DNA of 64,000 nt from Octopus vulgaris (taxonomy: Eukaryota). The translations under genes were made by a program, and so were the position numbers. The notes under the pieces were generated by a model. The model saw only the letters and a list, made by a program, of their open reading frames with translations, was not told the DNA's origin and did no database searches. Shown piece by piece: positions 27,143 through 39,902 of the stretch (positions are counted from its first letter, which is position 1; every line of letters starts with the position of its first letter). The stretch covers positions 28,396,001 through 28,460,000 of the forward strand of contig OX597831.1 in NCBI GenBank assembly GCA_951406725.2, given 5' to 3'.

Positions 27143-27629
27143 CCTATATATATAAAACTCAACTTGTGTGTCTGTGTGTTTAACTTCCTGGCACATCTCA
27201 TCCTAGCCAACAAAACGTAGAACCACCAAAAATGGGTCACTTAAAGTTTAGGCGAATGAAAATTGAACTGCGCTATTTCTGTTCCGAAATTCATCTCGCA
27301 AGTGCAAAAATCGATAATGTGTTTGTTTAGGCCTTATCCCATGCATTGAATAGTGAACTTTACTCAGTCAGCTGTTTGACGTGAACTGTGTTCACCACGC
27401 GTGCAAACATGCGTAAATTGCATGAAAAATAAAAAAATCAAGATATAAAAACGAATCGCCTTAAACATTGTAGAAATTTGGCAGAGAAATGAATTTTCGG
27501 GATATAGCCTGGAGGGTTTTTTCGTATTAATCGTTTGGACTTTGTGAACACATACCAATTGTTTTCATAACATTTTTAACGCTTTGAATTAAATGTAACC
27601 ATTTTGTAAAGCCGGGCAATACTGCTCGT
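27143..27629 (+). mobile_element. Non-autonomous Helitron-like element
   Basis: Begins CCTATATATATAAAACTC (cf. TCTATATATATAAAA 5' ends) and ends GCCGGGCAATACTGCTCGT (cf. GCCGGG..CTAGT 3' end); no TIRs seen. Confidence 0.55.
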
Positions 27630-27637
27630 ATATATAT

Positions 27638-28910
27638 AGATTCATTTTAGAGAACAATTATTTTATTTTTGACAATGATTTCTACAGGCAAAGATCGGGA
27701 ACAGCGATGGGCACGCGTACTGCACCATCTTTTGCCAACCTAGTGATGGGATACCTCGAGAAAATACTATACCGGATGACACTCGAGAATTATGGAAACA
27801 CCTTCGCCACCTATATCCATAACAACTGGAAAAGATACCTCGATGACTGTTTCATCATCTGGGACAAAGGCATAGAGAAACTTGAGGAATTTAAAATTCT
27901 ATTAAATGGAATAAATGACAATATACAATTCACGATGGACCACAACGAAAAAGAATTACCATTTTTAGACATCCTCATTAAGAAAACCGGCAACAAAATA
28001 GAGATAGATATCTACTATAAACCGACAGACTCTAAACAGTACCTACCCTTTGATTCATGCCACCCACGACACACTAGAATGAATGTCCCTTTTTGTTTAG
28101 CTAGAAGGATTTGCACCATAATATCAGACACAAACACCCGACACACACGTCTCCAGGAACTTAGAACCACACTCACAAATAGAAACTATCCACAGCCCCT
28201 AATAGACAGTGCAATCCAACGGGTACTTAAATTAAGTATAGAAGACCTGAGACAAACAAAACCAAAAAAGAAAGAACAATTAAAAACCCTTCCCTACATC
28301 TCTACACACAACCCACTCAACAATGAGGCCTTCAACCCCATACTACAAAGCACAGCCCTACTAAAGGGAGACCCAAAGATGAACCGGATCCTCGAAACAC
28401 ACACCATCATTAAAAGTAAACGGCAACCAAAATCCTTGAAAAGGATTTTAACCCAAGCTACACTGCACTCAACATCAACCACAAAACCAGCAGTTAGAAA
28501 ATGTGGAAGGCCCAACTGCGGAATCTGTGTCATCTTGAAAGAAGGATCAGAATTTATACTGGAACAAGGCCACCAGTTCACCATTAGAACAAACTTCACC
28601 TGCGCATCAGAAAACTTAATTTACGTCATAACATGCGCAGGCTGCAATAGGCAGTATATAGGACATACAAAAAATAGCTTACGTAACAGGATGGCGGTGC
28701 ATAAATCACAAATTAGAAACCCTGATTACCGCAAAATACCGGTCAGCGGACACATAGATAGATGTGCTGGAAATGTAAATCCGAAATTTACAACTAACCC
28801 GCTCTATAAATTCAGTGACAACGCCAACCTTCACACAACGCCAAAATAAAGAACTATATTTCATAAAAAAATTTAGACCAAGTTTAAACACCCTGGGCCA
28901 GGAATACTAA
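27638..28910 (+). CDS. Penelope-like element reverse transcriptase + GIY-YIG endonuclease, 5'-truncated, one frameshift near 28830
   Basis: Open frame FILENNYFIF..GTAMGTRTAPSFANL..RYLDDCF..LPFLD..YYKPTD..SCHP; Cys motif KCGRPNCGIC; LIYVITCAGCNRQYIG. The C-terminus KELYFIKKFRPSLN continues in a shifted frame to TAA at 28908-28910. Confidence 0.93.
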
Positions 28911-29069
28911 AACAAAAGATAAGTCCTCCGAAAAGGAGAACCAAATTTCACCACGGCCGCTACTTCAAACAGACACTCACTCTGACGGAAATATGCCTTA
29001 GTAAAAAAGGAAAAAATTCTTTCGTGCAAATCTGACCCTGATACATACGATACAGCTAAGGGTCAGACC

Positions 29070-29480
29070 CGATTCTGATTGGTCAACAAGTTGATGACGT
29101 CTAGCTCTGCTAGAATGGACAGGATACAAACAGGGGACAGTCATTAGTCAGAATATTGATGACGTCCTTTTCTGCTTGAATAGTCACCTAACAAGTACAG
29201 ACAGGGGGCAGATCTAATGTAGCTATAAGTCGTGATTGGGCAGAATCTGGATGACGTCCCGCTATGCTTGACTAACGAAGCGACTGGTCAAGACAGGAAA
29301 CAAACAAGAGGGAGTTATAATGCAGCGATTGGTCAAAATAATAATGATGACGTCCAGTTCCACTTGATTAAAGCCACCTAACGAAACGATTGGTCAAAAC
29401 ATTGATGACGTCACGCTACGCTAGATTGACCACCTAACAGGCATTATAAAACTGAGCACTTCACAAAAACTCACTAGAAC
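29070..29480 (+). promoter_or_regulatory. Five tandem ATTGG (CCAAT)-GATGACGTC (CRE/ATF) modules followed by TATAAAA (29445) and an Inr-like TCACT (29471)
   Basis: GATGACGTC at ~29093, 29158, 29250, 29346 and 29404, each preceded by ATT(G/A)G at similar spacing. Confidence 0.62.
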
Positions 29481-29789
29481 CACCCAGCGAACTTCCACCA
29501 TGGGTCATCACAATTGCTTAAGGTAAAAATGAATTCCTCGCTCTTTCGGAAACATCAATCTTCTGTATTGACCGCTTTCCACCACTTTGATCTGTTTTTT
29601 GTATTGAATACGTATCGCCACCGTGGGCCACTGCATCGAACACTTTGAACATATACTTCAAACTATATATCAACTATACATGAACTATATATCAACTATA
29701 CATGAACTCTAAGATGTCTGACTCCGTTGTGTATTATAAATGAATTTCTTGTGTTTGACGGCATGAGCTGTCTCTTTTTATATATAACT

Positions 29790-29832
29790 TTTTTTGATAA
29801 GGTTCATTTCAGGAACTGAAACATGTTATAAT
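29790..29832 (+). ncRNA. Decayed minimal hammerhead ribozyme in the PLE pseudo-LTR
   Basis: TTGATAA (cf. CUGAUGA, two changes)-GGTTC atttcag GAACT-GAAA-CATGT: stem II plus the palindromic ACATGT stem III. Confidence 0.45.
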
Positions 29833-29889
29833 GTATATATAAAAATTAAAAATTGTATAATACAGCAGCATTTTCGAACTTCACTTTTT

Positions 29890-30010
<121 letters not shown>

Positions 30011-30190
30011 CACACACACATATATATATATATATGTAGAGAGTTTTTGAAGTGATGTACAAATATTGTATATTGAGAATAATAGGACAGTCAGAGTTTG
30101 GATCATTATATATATATTAAGAAAGTGCTAAAAATGTAGATAAAAAAATATATATAATCATACAACATTCTGGCTATCTTGTTATTCTCA

Positions 30191-30237
<47 letters not shown>

Positions 30238-30424
30238 TATAACTATGTTTGTATCTCTGTGTCTATTTTTGTCCCCTTAACTTAGCGGTTCGGAAAAGGG
30301 ACCGACTGAATAGGTACTGGGCTTAGCAAGTAAGTCCAGGGATCGATTTCTTCGGCTAAAACCCTTCAATGCGGTGCCCCATCATGGCCGCAGTGAAATG
30401 ACTGAAACACGTAAAAGATAAAAG

Positions 30425-30492
<68 letters not shown>

Positions 30493-30589
30493 ATGTATAT
30501 ATATATATGTATATATATATATATGTATATATATATGTATATATATATATATGTGTATATATATATATGTATATATATATATATGTATT

Positions 30590-30638
<49 letters not shown>

Positions 30639-30769
30639 GTATGTATATATGTATATATATATGTATACATATATGTATATATATATGTATACATATATGT
30701 ATATATATATGTATATATATATATGTATATATATATATGTATATATATATATATGTATATATATATATG

Positions 30770-30800
<31 letters not shown>

Positions 30801-30945
30801 GTGTATATATATATGTATATATATATGTGTGTATATATATATATATATGTGTATATATATATGTATATATATATATATATGTATGTATATATATATATAT
30901 GTGTGTGTATATATATATGTATATATATATATATGCATATATAAT
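30425..30945. repeat. (TA)n/(TATATG)n microsatellite
   Basis: Directly visible. Confidence 0.95.
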
Positions 30946-31027
30946 ATAAAATTAATTAAGGGTAGAAATTGATATTAGTCAATTAAAACCAGTGGTCTAG
31001 CATATTAAAAAGAATCCGAAGATTAAA

Positions 31028-31256
31028 ATATTTTTACATACAAATTAAGGACTGAACACGAAAAGTGGACAGTCAACATGCTAGATATAGATATATAATT
31101 ATTTTATTTCGTATATTTTCATTTGTCTTGTTTAATGCTTTGGTTTTGTGCTGAGTTTTATTTGAGAACATACTCTTTGTGGAGAATGGCGATTTGACGT
31201 CTATATCTAGCATATTGACTGTCCACTTTTCGTGTTCAGTCCTTAATTTGTATGTA

Positions 31257-31263
<7 letters not shown>
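31028..31263. repeat. 64-bp inverted repeat pair (31028-31091 and 31200-31263)
   Basis: Reverse-complement arms with one mismatch; right arm abuts (TA)n. Confidence 0.9.
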
Positions 31264-31315
<52 letters not shown>

Positions 31316-31986
31316 TTAAACACATTTAAAGAGGGTAATGCTTGTGTATGTAATGTGTTAAACTTTTCTTGGTTTTAGTAATTTATCTGCGCTCATACTA
31401 CGGCATCATCGTCAAGAGTTTAATCGATTATACCTCTACCCGTTACTAATCTTAATTATGTTAGTTTGCTACTTACTTTTATCGAGCCCAGTTTGTCGAA
31501 TCGCTAAGTTACGAGATATAATGAGAAATCATATACAGCAGCACTGGTTAATACCAATTGTAGCTGTTTAACGTCATCCTTCCAACATACTAGTCGCCAC
31601 TGACTCTATTACCAATCGCTATTTTTGTCTGTACTCTAAACCCCATAAAATATTCTGAATGCTTGTATCAGAATACTTGGTGAACTAACAAAATGGCGTC
31701 CTTGCTGATGAACAAAGACAGCTTGGATACTAAAATTTAACAAAATTGCTCTAATATTTCATTGGTCAATTTTTATGGAGAAGATAGCGTTACATGATAA
31801 ATTTCGGTGAAGATGATGTAAAACACAGAGGCGCATACACACCACACACACACACACATACACCGCACACACCCATATACACATACAGACACACATACAC
31901 ACGCGCACACTCATGCACACATGCATGTATATACACACTCACGTATTTATATACATATACATAAAAGCACGCACGCACACACAAAC

Positions 31987-32209
31987 ACGATGGGGTGATA
32001 AAAAGTTTCTGGTTTTGGGTAAAAGAAAATACAGGAGGATCAGTTAATATTATTTTATCCAGCATTTTTTCCCTCTCAAATACACACAGTAATTACAGCG
32101 GTCCTTCGGTTTTTCTAAGCTTTGTAAAAGAAATCGGAAGGTTGGGTCTCCAACCAGGCCTTTCACGATATCCTTAAAGCCAAGAACTATTCAGCGCCCC
32201 CCTCGTATA
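31987..32209. mobile_element. Mariner-type MITE (~220 bp)
   Basis: Ends resemble TACGAGGGGG(C/T)G.TGAA.AGTT.(C/T)TGG as inverted termini; second copy at 47670-47900 and a partial one at 47445-47540. Confidence 0.7.
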
Positions 32210-32544
32210 GATATACATAGATGCGCACGCATATGATGCTACAATTAAATTTCGTGCAATGCTATCGATTCATTCTTCTCTGAATGTATTACAAATATGG
32301 CTTCTCAGCCTTGCTAGGAAGCTACACTCTCTTTCACATCTGTGGCAGCGAGAATCTGTGGCAGTAGAATCTCGTAACTTAGCGATTCGACAAACTGGGT
32401 TCGATAAAAGTAAGTAGAAAACTGACGTAATTAAAATTAGTAACGGGCAGAGGTATAATCGATTAAACTCTTGAAGATAATGGTTGTTCAGGTGTTCAGA
32501 GAGTTTACCACCCATACTGGTGTATAATTTCATACTGGTTTCAA

Positions 32545-32743
32545 ATTTTGGCACGAGGCCAGGAATTTAGCGGAATAGCGTAAGTCGATTATATCGATCC
32601 CCAGTGTTCAACCGGTACTTATGCTATCGATTACGAAAGAATGAAAAGCAAAGTTGACCTTGGTGGAATTTGAACAGGAAGACGGACGAAATGCCGCTAA
32701 GCATATTGCCCGGTATGCAAACGATTCTGCCTGCTCACCGCCT
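32545..32743 (-). mobile_element. SINE family B copy
   Basis: Reverse complement of the family B head and core. Confidence 0.7.
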
Positions 32744-32752
32744 GATACATAC

Positions 32753-33136
32753 TTTCATATTCCCATTGAACTTTTCATCTAGCGACTCGGCTTTTTCGGC
32801 GACAGCCAGCCATAGCATACAACACATGATACATATGTCAAAAATCAAGCGGTGCCTGCGTTTGAGGTTTTTTTCAAATTGAGGAACGACATTGCTCAAG
32901 ACCACATCTATTCTCAAAACAATATTTACATTTGCCGAAGACGAACCAATCTGCGTTGTTGGACGCAAACGAAGTCACAAGTCGTACATCAGAATTTTCT
33001 CTGTCCTAAAAAGTTCAGGAATCTCTCACTCCCAGCTGTTGACTCTATTGATAGGTCTTGCTTTTCATCCTAAAGGGTGTCCAACAAAAATCACCCTTAT
33101 TACCAAGCAGACTTGGTAATGTGGCCAGTTTAGCTG
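32753..33136 (-). other. Candidate host-gene exon encoding a signal-peptide-like N-terminus
   Basis: Unique sequence between a pyrimidine-rich ..TTCCTCGCCGTCAG acceptor and an AAA|GTATGT donor; one frame reads KRRHRLIFDICIMCCMLWLAVAEKAESLDEKFNGNMK. Confidence 0.3.
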
Positions 33137-33313
33137 CTGACGGCGAGGAAATTATGAAGATGTATGTACAGTTCTGTTGTGAATTCATGTGCAGTGCAAA
33201 ATGGGGTGGGAAGATTATATATATTATAGATAAGGTGCATTGGAATTTAGAAGTGGGGGGAATCATCTGAGATATTTTTCTCTCAACCATATTCTTTAAA
33301 TTTTATTCTATTC

Positions 33314-33371
<58 letters not shown>

Positions 33372-33375
<4 letters not shown>

Positions 33376-33795
33376 GAAATGAAGAAAATGCTGACAAAAT
33401 AATTTAAGTAATTTAAGTAATTTAATTAGGTGAAAGTTCTTTTAGTACAGCAGGGATCACCACCCCCTACCGGAGCCTCGTGGAGCTTTTAGGTGTTTTC
33501 GCTCAATAAACACACACAACGCCCGGTCTGGGAATCGAAACTGCGATCCTATGACCGCGAGTTCGCTGCCCTAACCACTAGGCCATTGCGCCTCCACGCA
33601 GCGAACTCGCGGTCATAGGATCGCCGTTTCGATTCCCAGACCGGGCGTTGTGTGTGTTTATTGAGCGAAAACACCTAAAAGCTCCACGAGGCTCCGGCAG
33701 GGGGTGGTGATCCCTGCTGTACTAAAAGAACTTCACCTAATTAAATTATTTAAATTACTTAAATTATTTTGTCAGCATTTTCTTCATTTCCTTTT
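33372..33795. repeat. ~200-bp-arm hairpin (33372-33569 and 33598-33795) containing a SINE family C head, flanked by (TA)n
   Basis: Arms are reverse complements with a few mismatches and a 28-nt loop. Confidence 0.92.
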
Positions 33796-33831
33796 TTATA
33801 TATCACAACTCGTGTTCCACATCTCCTTTTT

Positions 33832-33895
<64 letters not shown>

Positions 33896-34701
33896 TATAT
33901 ATATACATACTCACAAATACGTATATATGCATGTATGTATATATGTATGTACGTATGCATGTGTACGCATGTGTATATATATATATATAAATGGACTAAT
34001 AAGGGCGAAATATGGCTGCTGATTTCACCACATGATTTTAATGACCAGAGCTAAATTGTCAAAATGTTTCAGGGACCATCTCCCATGCTGCTTGTTATGC
34101 GTGGTGGGAAGTGTTTCTGTCAATTACATAAATAATGCAAAATAATCCAAAATGTTGCAGTTCCTTATGCAGACATCCTGGCACAGGAAAATAACAACGG
34201 AACGAATGGAAAACAGGAAGGGAACAAAATGCCGCATAATGCATTGACACGCTAAAACCCTCATCAGTTATCGACCAAAAACCATCACAATTTCGACGTC
34301 TTATCAATATTCAGTTTGGTGACGTCAGAAGCAAAAGCTCCTGGGAATATAAATGAGTGGACATTGAAAGACGAACGCAAACAGGAAAAAAATAAGACAA
34401 GAACAGGAAAATGGTCAGGTCTCTTGATCGAACGATAAGAAGGACAATTTGTGAGGCGAAAGGCAATTCACAGACGCGAAAGGAGGAGAATAATAACTGT
34501 TAAACGTGTAGGAAAATAACAATTTTTATAGAACCTAACTATTCATTCAATGGACTCTAAGCTAAACATTCTTCGACTCATGTCGCGTCATCTTGGCTGG
34601 AACTATTTTCATATCTGTATGATGATAGCGCTAAGAACTTGTTGCAACTACCAAACGTGACAGGAATTTACAGTCATTAAAACTTACACACACACACACA
34701 C

Positions 34702-34719
<18 letters not shown>

Positions 34720-34733
<14 letters not shown>

Positions 34734-34794
34734 GCCATATATAATATAATGATTAATGATAATGATAATAATAAATAACGTGATATATATATAT

Positions 34795-34825
<31 letters not shown>

Positions 34826-34870
34826 CGCCATATATAATATAATGATTAATGATAATGATAATAATAAATA

Positions 34871-34895
<25 letters not shown>
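34720..34895. repeat. Tandem duplication of ~95 bp (TACGCCATATATAATATAATGATTAATGAT...AACGTGAT) within (TA)n
   Basis: Two identical non-repeat cores. Confidence 0.85.
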
Positions 34896-34959
<64 letters not shown>

Positions 34960-35659
34960 GTGGATAGATATAGACATATGCATGTATGTTCGGATATAAG
35001 AAAAACAAATATTCACTTGCCAGTTTGGAAAAACATTTACAGAAAAATAATTACTTTCGAGAAAGCAGAAAGCGAACCCACCCAGGCACCAAAATAATAT
35101 ACAAGCTAAAAGAAAAAATGAAAAAGAATGTAAGAAAGAAAGATGGAAAGTAGAACAACATTTAGAATTAGTTGTCGGTTAGCAAACAGATGTTGTATGC
35201 AGGGCTAGCGTGCGAGAGTTAATTAAAGAAAATAATATAATGGAAATCGTCTCGAGGAATAAAGTTTGGAGGAAGATATATTGTGTATCAGTATAAATGG
35301 ACACTATAACAATAAAATGCTTCAATTTCGTTTCGTCTTAAAGAGACGACATCATTAAATTATGGAAGCCTAAAGAAAGTATGGAAGACTATAAAACGTA
35401 GTACTTTCTAGCTACTGGTGCTGTTGGAGTCGATCTTGCTTTTGTTGCTGATGATGTGGATGAAGGTGCTGATGGTGGTGGTGGGGGTGGGGGTGGCGAT
35501 GGTGGTGGTGGTGGTGGTGTTGCTGGTGGCAGTGGTAGTATGCAATGAAATTCAGTCAGAGCCCAACCTCCACTCTATAAAAAATGTCATTTCGAAATGT
35601 CGGTTATATTTTGTAGAGCGTACATACATACATAGGTAAGTACGTACGTACGTACATAC

Positions 35660-35720
<61 letters not shown>

Positions 35721-35854
35721 TCTACAGATACATGCATCTACATATACAATATATACATTTATGTAACTATTCACAAGCACATACATGTATATATATATAT
35801 ACATACATGCATATATGAAGACAGATTTATTCAAAAACGCATGCATACATATAC

Positions 35855-35918
<64 letters not shown>

Positions 35919-35947
35919 GCATATATTTTTTTTTTTTTTTTTTTTTT

Positions 35948-36165
35948 TGTACTTGTTTCAGTCATTTGACTGTGGCCATGCTGGAGCACCGCCTTTAGAG
36001 TGGTGAAAGAGTACAGCAGGGATCACCACCTCCTGCCGGAGCCTCGTGGAGCTTTTAGGTGTTTTTTTTCGCTCAATAAACACACACAACGCCCGGTCTG
36101 GGAATCGAAACCGCGATCCTCCGACCGCAAGTCCGCTGCCCTAACCACTAGGCCATTGCGCCTCC

Positions 36166-36167
<2 letters not shown>
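35948..36167 (-). mobile_element. SINE family C head joined to a SINE family A tail
   Basis: 36000-36167 matches 51412-51578; 35948-35997 matches the family A tail. Confidence 0.75.
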
Positions 36168-36220
<53 letters not shown>

Positions 36221-36273
36221 CATATATATATATATGCATATATATATAATACATACATGCATCCATACGTACG

Positions 36274-36356
<83 letters not shown>

Positions 36357-37089
36357 TTACTCATATATTTACATTTATAAAAACAGTGTCACTAACCTCA
36401 TGCAACTGGATATGACGCTCAACCGAGCCAGCAGCAGACATTACACACACACATGCACACACATGCACACACACACACACACACGCGCGCGCGCACACAC
36501 ACACACAAAATAAATAAACAGTTCTTTGAAGAAGACCTACATCGACTTATTTATATAGCTACTCAAAAGACACGGTATCTCGAAGACATTGCAGAGTTAA
36601 CAATACCTGTAGAGACCTTAAACGGTTCGCCATTTTGTGACAAAGCGTTACACTCAATAAACAACGAACGACAACAACAGCAACTGCAACAGCAACAACA
36701 ATCCCACCAGGAGTAGCAACACTACCAATAGCAATAACATCATCCAAAACTAACAAACAAATATGGCTTCTGTTCAACACTCGTATGTAATTATTCCTTA
36801 ATTCTTAAGTTTCATTATTCAGTGTCATATTTCCTGCTGGAAACGGACTAAAATGACGCTAATTGGATCGATAAGCAAACACCAGCAAGATTCATCCTTT
36901 TTTTTTTACTTCCTTTTCCGACGTCCGTTTGTTTTATTTGTTTCTTTTTATATTTTTCGTACTTGCTTAGCCTTTCATTGGGATTCCATTTCTTGATCTC
37001 CGTTTTTTGTTTGTTGTCCTTCTTTTTGTTAATGATTTTGTTTCTGTTGTTGTTGTCGTTATTATCGTTTTTGTTGTTGCTGTTGTTGT

Positions 37090-37570
<481 letters not shown>

Positions 37571-38094
37571 ACCACCTCCAGCACAAGCTAGAGTCAGTCC
37601 AGTCCAGTTCTATTAGCTGTACAATGAAGCGGTCACAGTCTGGTTGTTTTGTAAATTCATATATTTATATTTTATAACACAATTCATAAATAACAATAGA
37701 GTCATTGGTTCCAGAAAGTGCAGCAGGCCAATCACGGTTTCACTGATAGTGATGGCGAGGGACAAGGGAGTGTCGGTGTCTCGATGCAGAATATATATAT
37801 GAAGGAACGTGATTGGTATTGTACCGTTTTTTTTTTGTTGTATTGCCAATTTATAGCCAACGTAGATACGGACCAGTGAAAGACACACACGCATGCACGC
37901 ACGTACACACACACACAAACACAAATACACACACGTACGCAGACACACACATGCTCATATACATGCACGCACAAACAGACACAGACAGACACAATGACAC
38001 GTACTGAGGTGTTACGAACCTAGGAACTGTGGTACCTAGTATTCTTTCAAATGTCATCTTCTGAAGACGATATGACGTGTGTATATATAAGTGT

Positions 38095-38940
38095 CCACCC
38101 CCACCCACGCTTACACACACACACGCACACATACACACACACGCACACATACACACACACATATCAAACCAGGAAAATTACAAGTAGCAAACCAATATAA
38201 AATGTAATTAAGGCGGCGAGCTGGCAAAATTGTTAGCACGCCGGGCGAAATGCTTAGCGATATTTCGTCTGTCTTTACGTTTTGAGTTCAAATTCCGTCG
38301 AGGTCGACTTTGCCTTTCATTCTTTCGGGGTCGATAAATTAAGTGCCAGTTGCATACTGGAGTCGATCTAATCGATTGGTACTCTCCCCCAAAATTTCGC
38401 GCCTTATGCCTACAGTAGAATATAAAATGCAATAAATAATTTTGCTTTTCTCGCTGAGGGAGTTAGAATCAGGCGTATCTTCACGTTTCGGACGCGTGTC
38501 TTTCATCAGTAAAAAAAAAGAAATAACGAGTAGAGAAGAGAGCAAATGACGCACACACACACGTCCCCCCACGCGCGCGCGCACACACATATATCATGTC
38601 ATGAAAATTATAACTAGCAAAGCATTATAAAGCGCAATAAATATTTTTGCTATTAATTTCACGCTGAGGGAAATAGAAATAGGCGTGTCTTCACGTTTCG
38701 GATACATGTCTTTCATCAGAGAAAAAAAGAAATAAAGAGTAGAGAGAAGAGAGGAAAGGACACATGTATTTATATCAATTCATAAATATTACAACTCGCA
38801 AAGCTATATAAAAAAAGCAATAGATATTTTTGCTATCAATTTTACGCTTAGGGAAATAGAAATAGGCCTGTCTATACGTTTCGGATGCGTCTCTTTCATC
38901 AGAAAAAAAGAAGCAATAAAGTGTAGTGAAGAGAGGTGAA
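38095..38940 (-). repeat. Tandem array (~180-210-bp units, 3 full plus 1 partial), each full unit carrying a minimal hammerhead motif
   Basis: Minus strand CTGATGA-AAGA...TCC-GAAA-CGT at 38478-38513, 38688-38723 and 38871-38906 within repeating flanks. Confidence 0.72.
38208..38420 (+). mobile_element. SINE family B, full length, with probable target-site duplication
   Basis: AAGGCGGCGAGCTGGC head; AATATAAAATG(T/C)AAT on both sides. Confidence 0.85.
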
Positions 38941-39402
38941 AATAGAAAAAAGTATATTTAAAGAATAGAATTTGCATGGAAGACAAGAAATCCTCTTGTA
39001 ATCTTTAAATTAAGTTAGAAATGCCTGAATAAGAGAAGACAAAAACAAAGGATTTCGAACACTGGTGAGTAAGGGAGCGTGTTTATGCATGTATGAATGT
39101 ATGTATATACGTGTGTGTATGTAGTTATTTTAGAAATGGCTGTTTGTGATTGGGAATATTAATGTATGTAGGCATGCATGTGCTGTTATGTAGCATTGTA
39201 TTCATATATGGATATATTGTCTGAATGTCTGTCTGTTCGTGTTTGAGTAGTTGGTGGTTTATTCTCAGTTTTGGAGAAGCTGCGAGCGAGTTAGTGTGTG
39301 CAACCTTAATTGACAGTGTTAGCTTGTGTATGAGGCAGTGAGCGTGTTTGTGTGAGTGAGTGTATGTATGCGCGATTCTATTTCAACGGAAGAGTTTTTT
39401 TC

Positions 39403-39439
<37 letters not shown>

Positions 39440-39515
39440 AGCAGCGTTGTAGCAGGCAGAAAAATCAAACGAAAGAAGCAGGTGGTTTTAAAAGCAACTA
39501 TATATATATATACAC

Positions 39516-39549
<34 letters not shown>

Positions 39550-39747
39550 ATATGTGTATATATGTATGTATATATGTATATATATATGTGTATATATGTA
39601 TGTATGCATATATATATATGTCTATATATATATTAACATATATATGTATATATATATATAAAACGTAAATATATATGTATATATATATATAAACATTTAT
39701 ATATGTATATACATATTATATACACACATATATATATATGTACATAC

Positions 39748-39799
<52 letters not shown>

Positions 39800-39867
39800 C
39801 AATACTTAATATAGTTAAAACATGAAAGCGCACACACATATATACACACATATATATATACATACAC

Positions 39868-39902
<35 letters not shown>

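Noticed and set aside
29070-29440. Repeat-spacer pattern as a CRISPR array (also 14145-14615)
   Set aside because: Eukaryotic context, degenerate repeats, related or microsatellite spacers and no cas genes.
34255-34360. CTGATGAG on the minus strand, and TGACGTCA plus TATAAAT on the plus strand
   Set aside because: No convincing hammerhead stems could be built, and a single CRE-TATA pair can arise by chance; possibly a decayed pseudo-LTR but unsupported.
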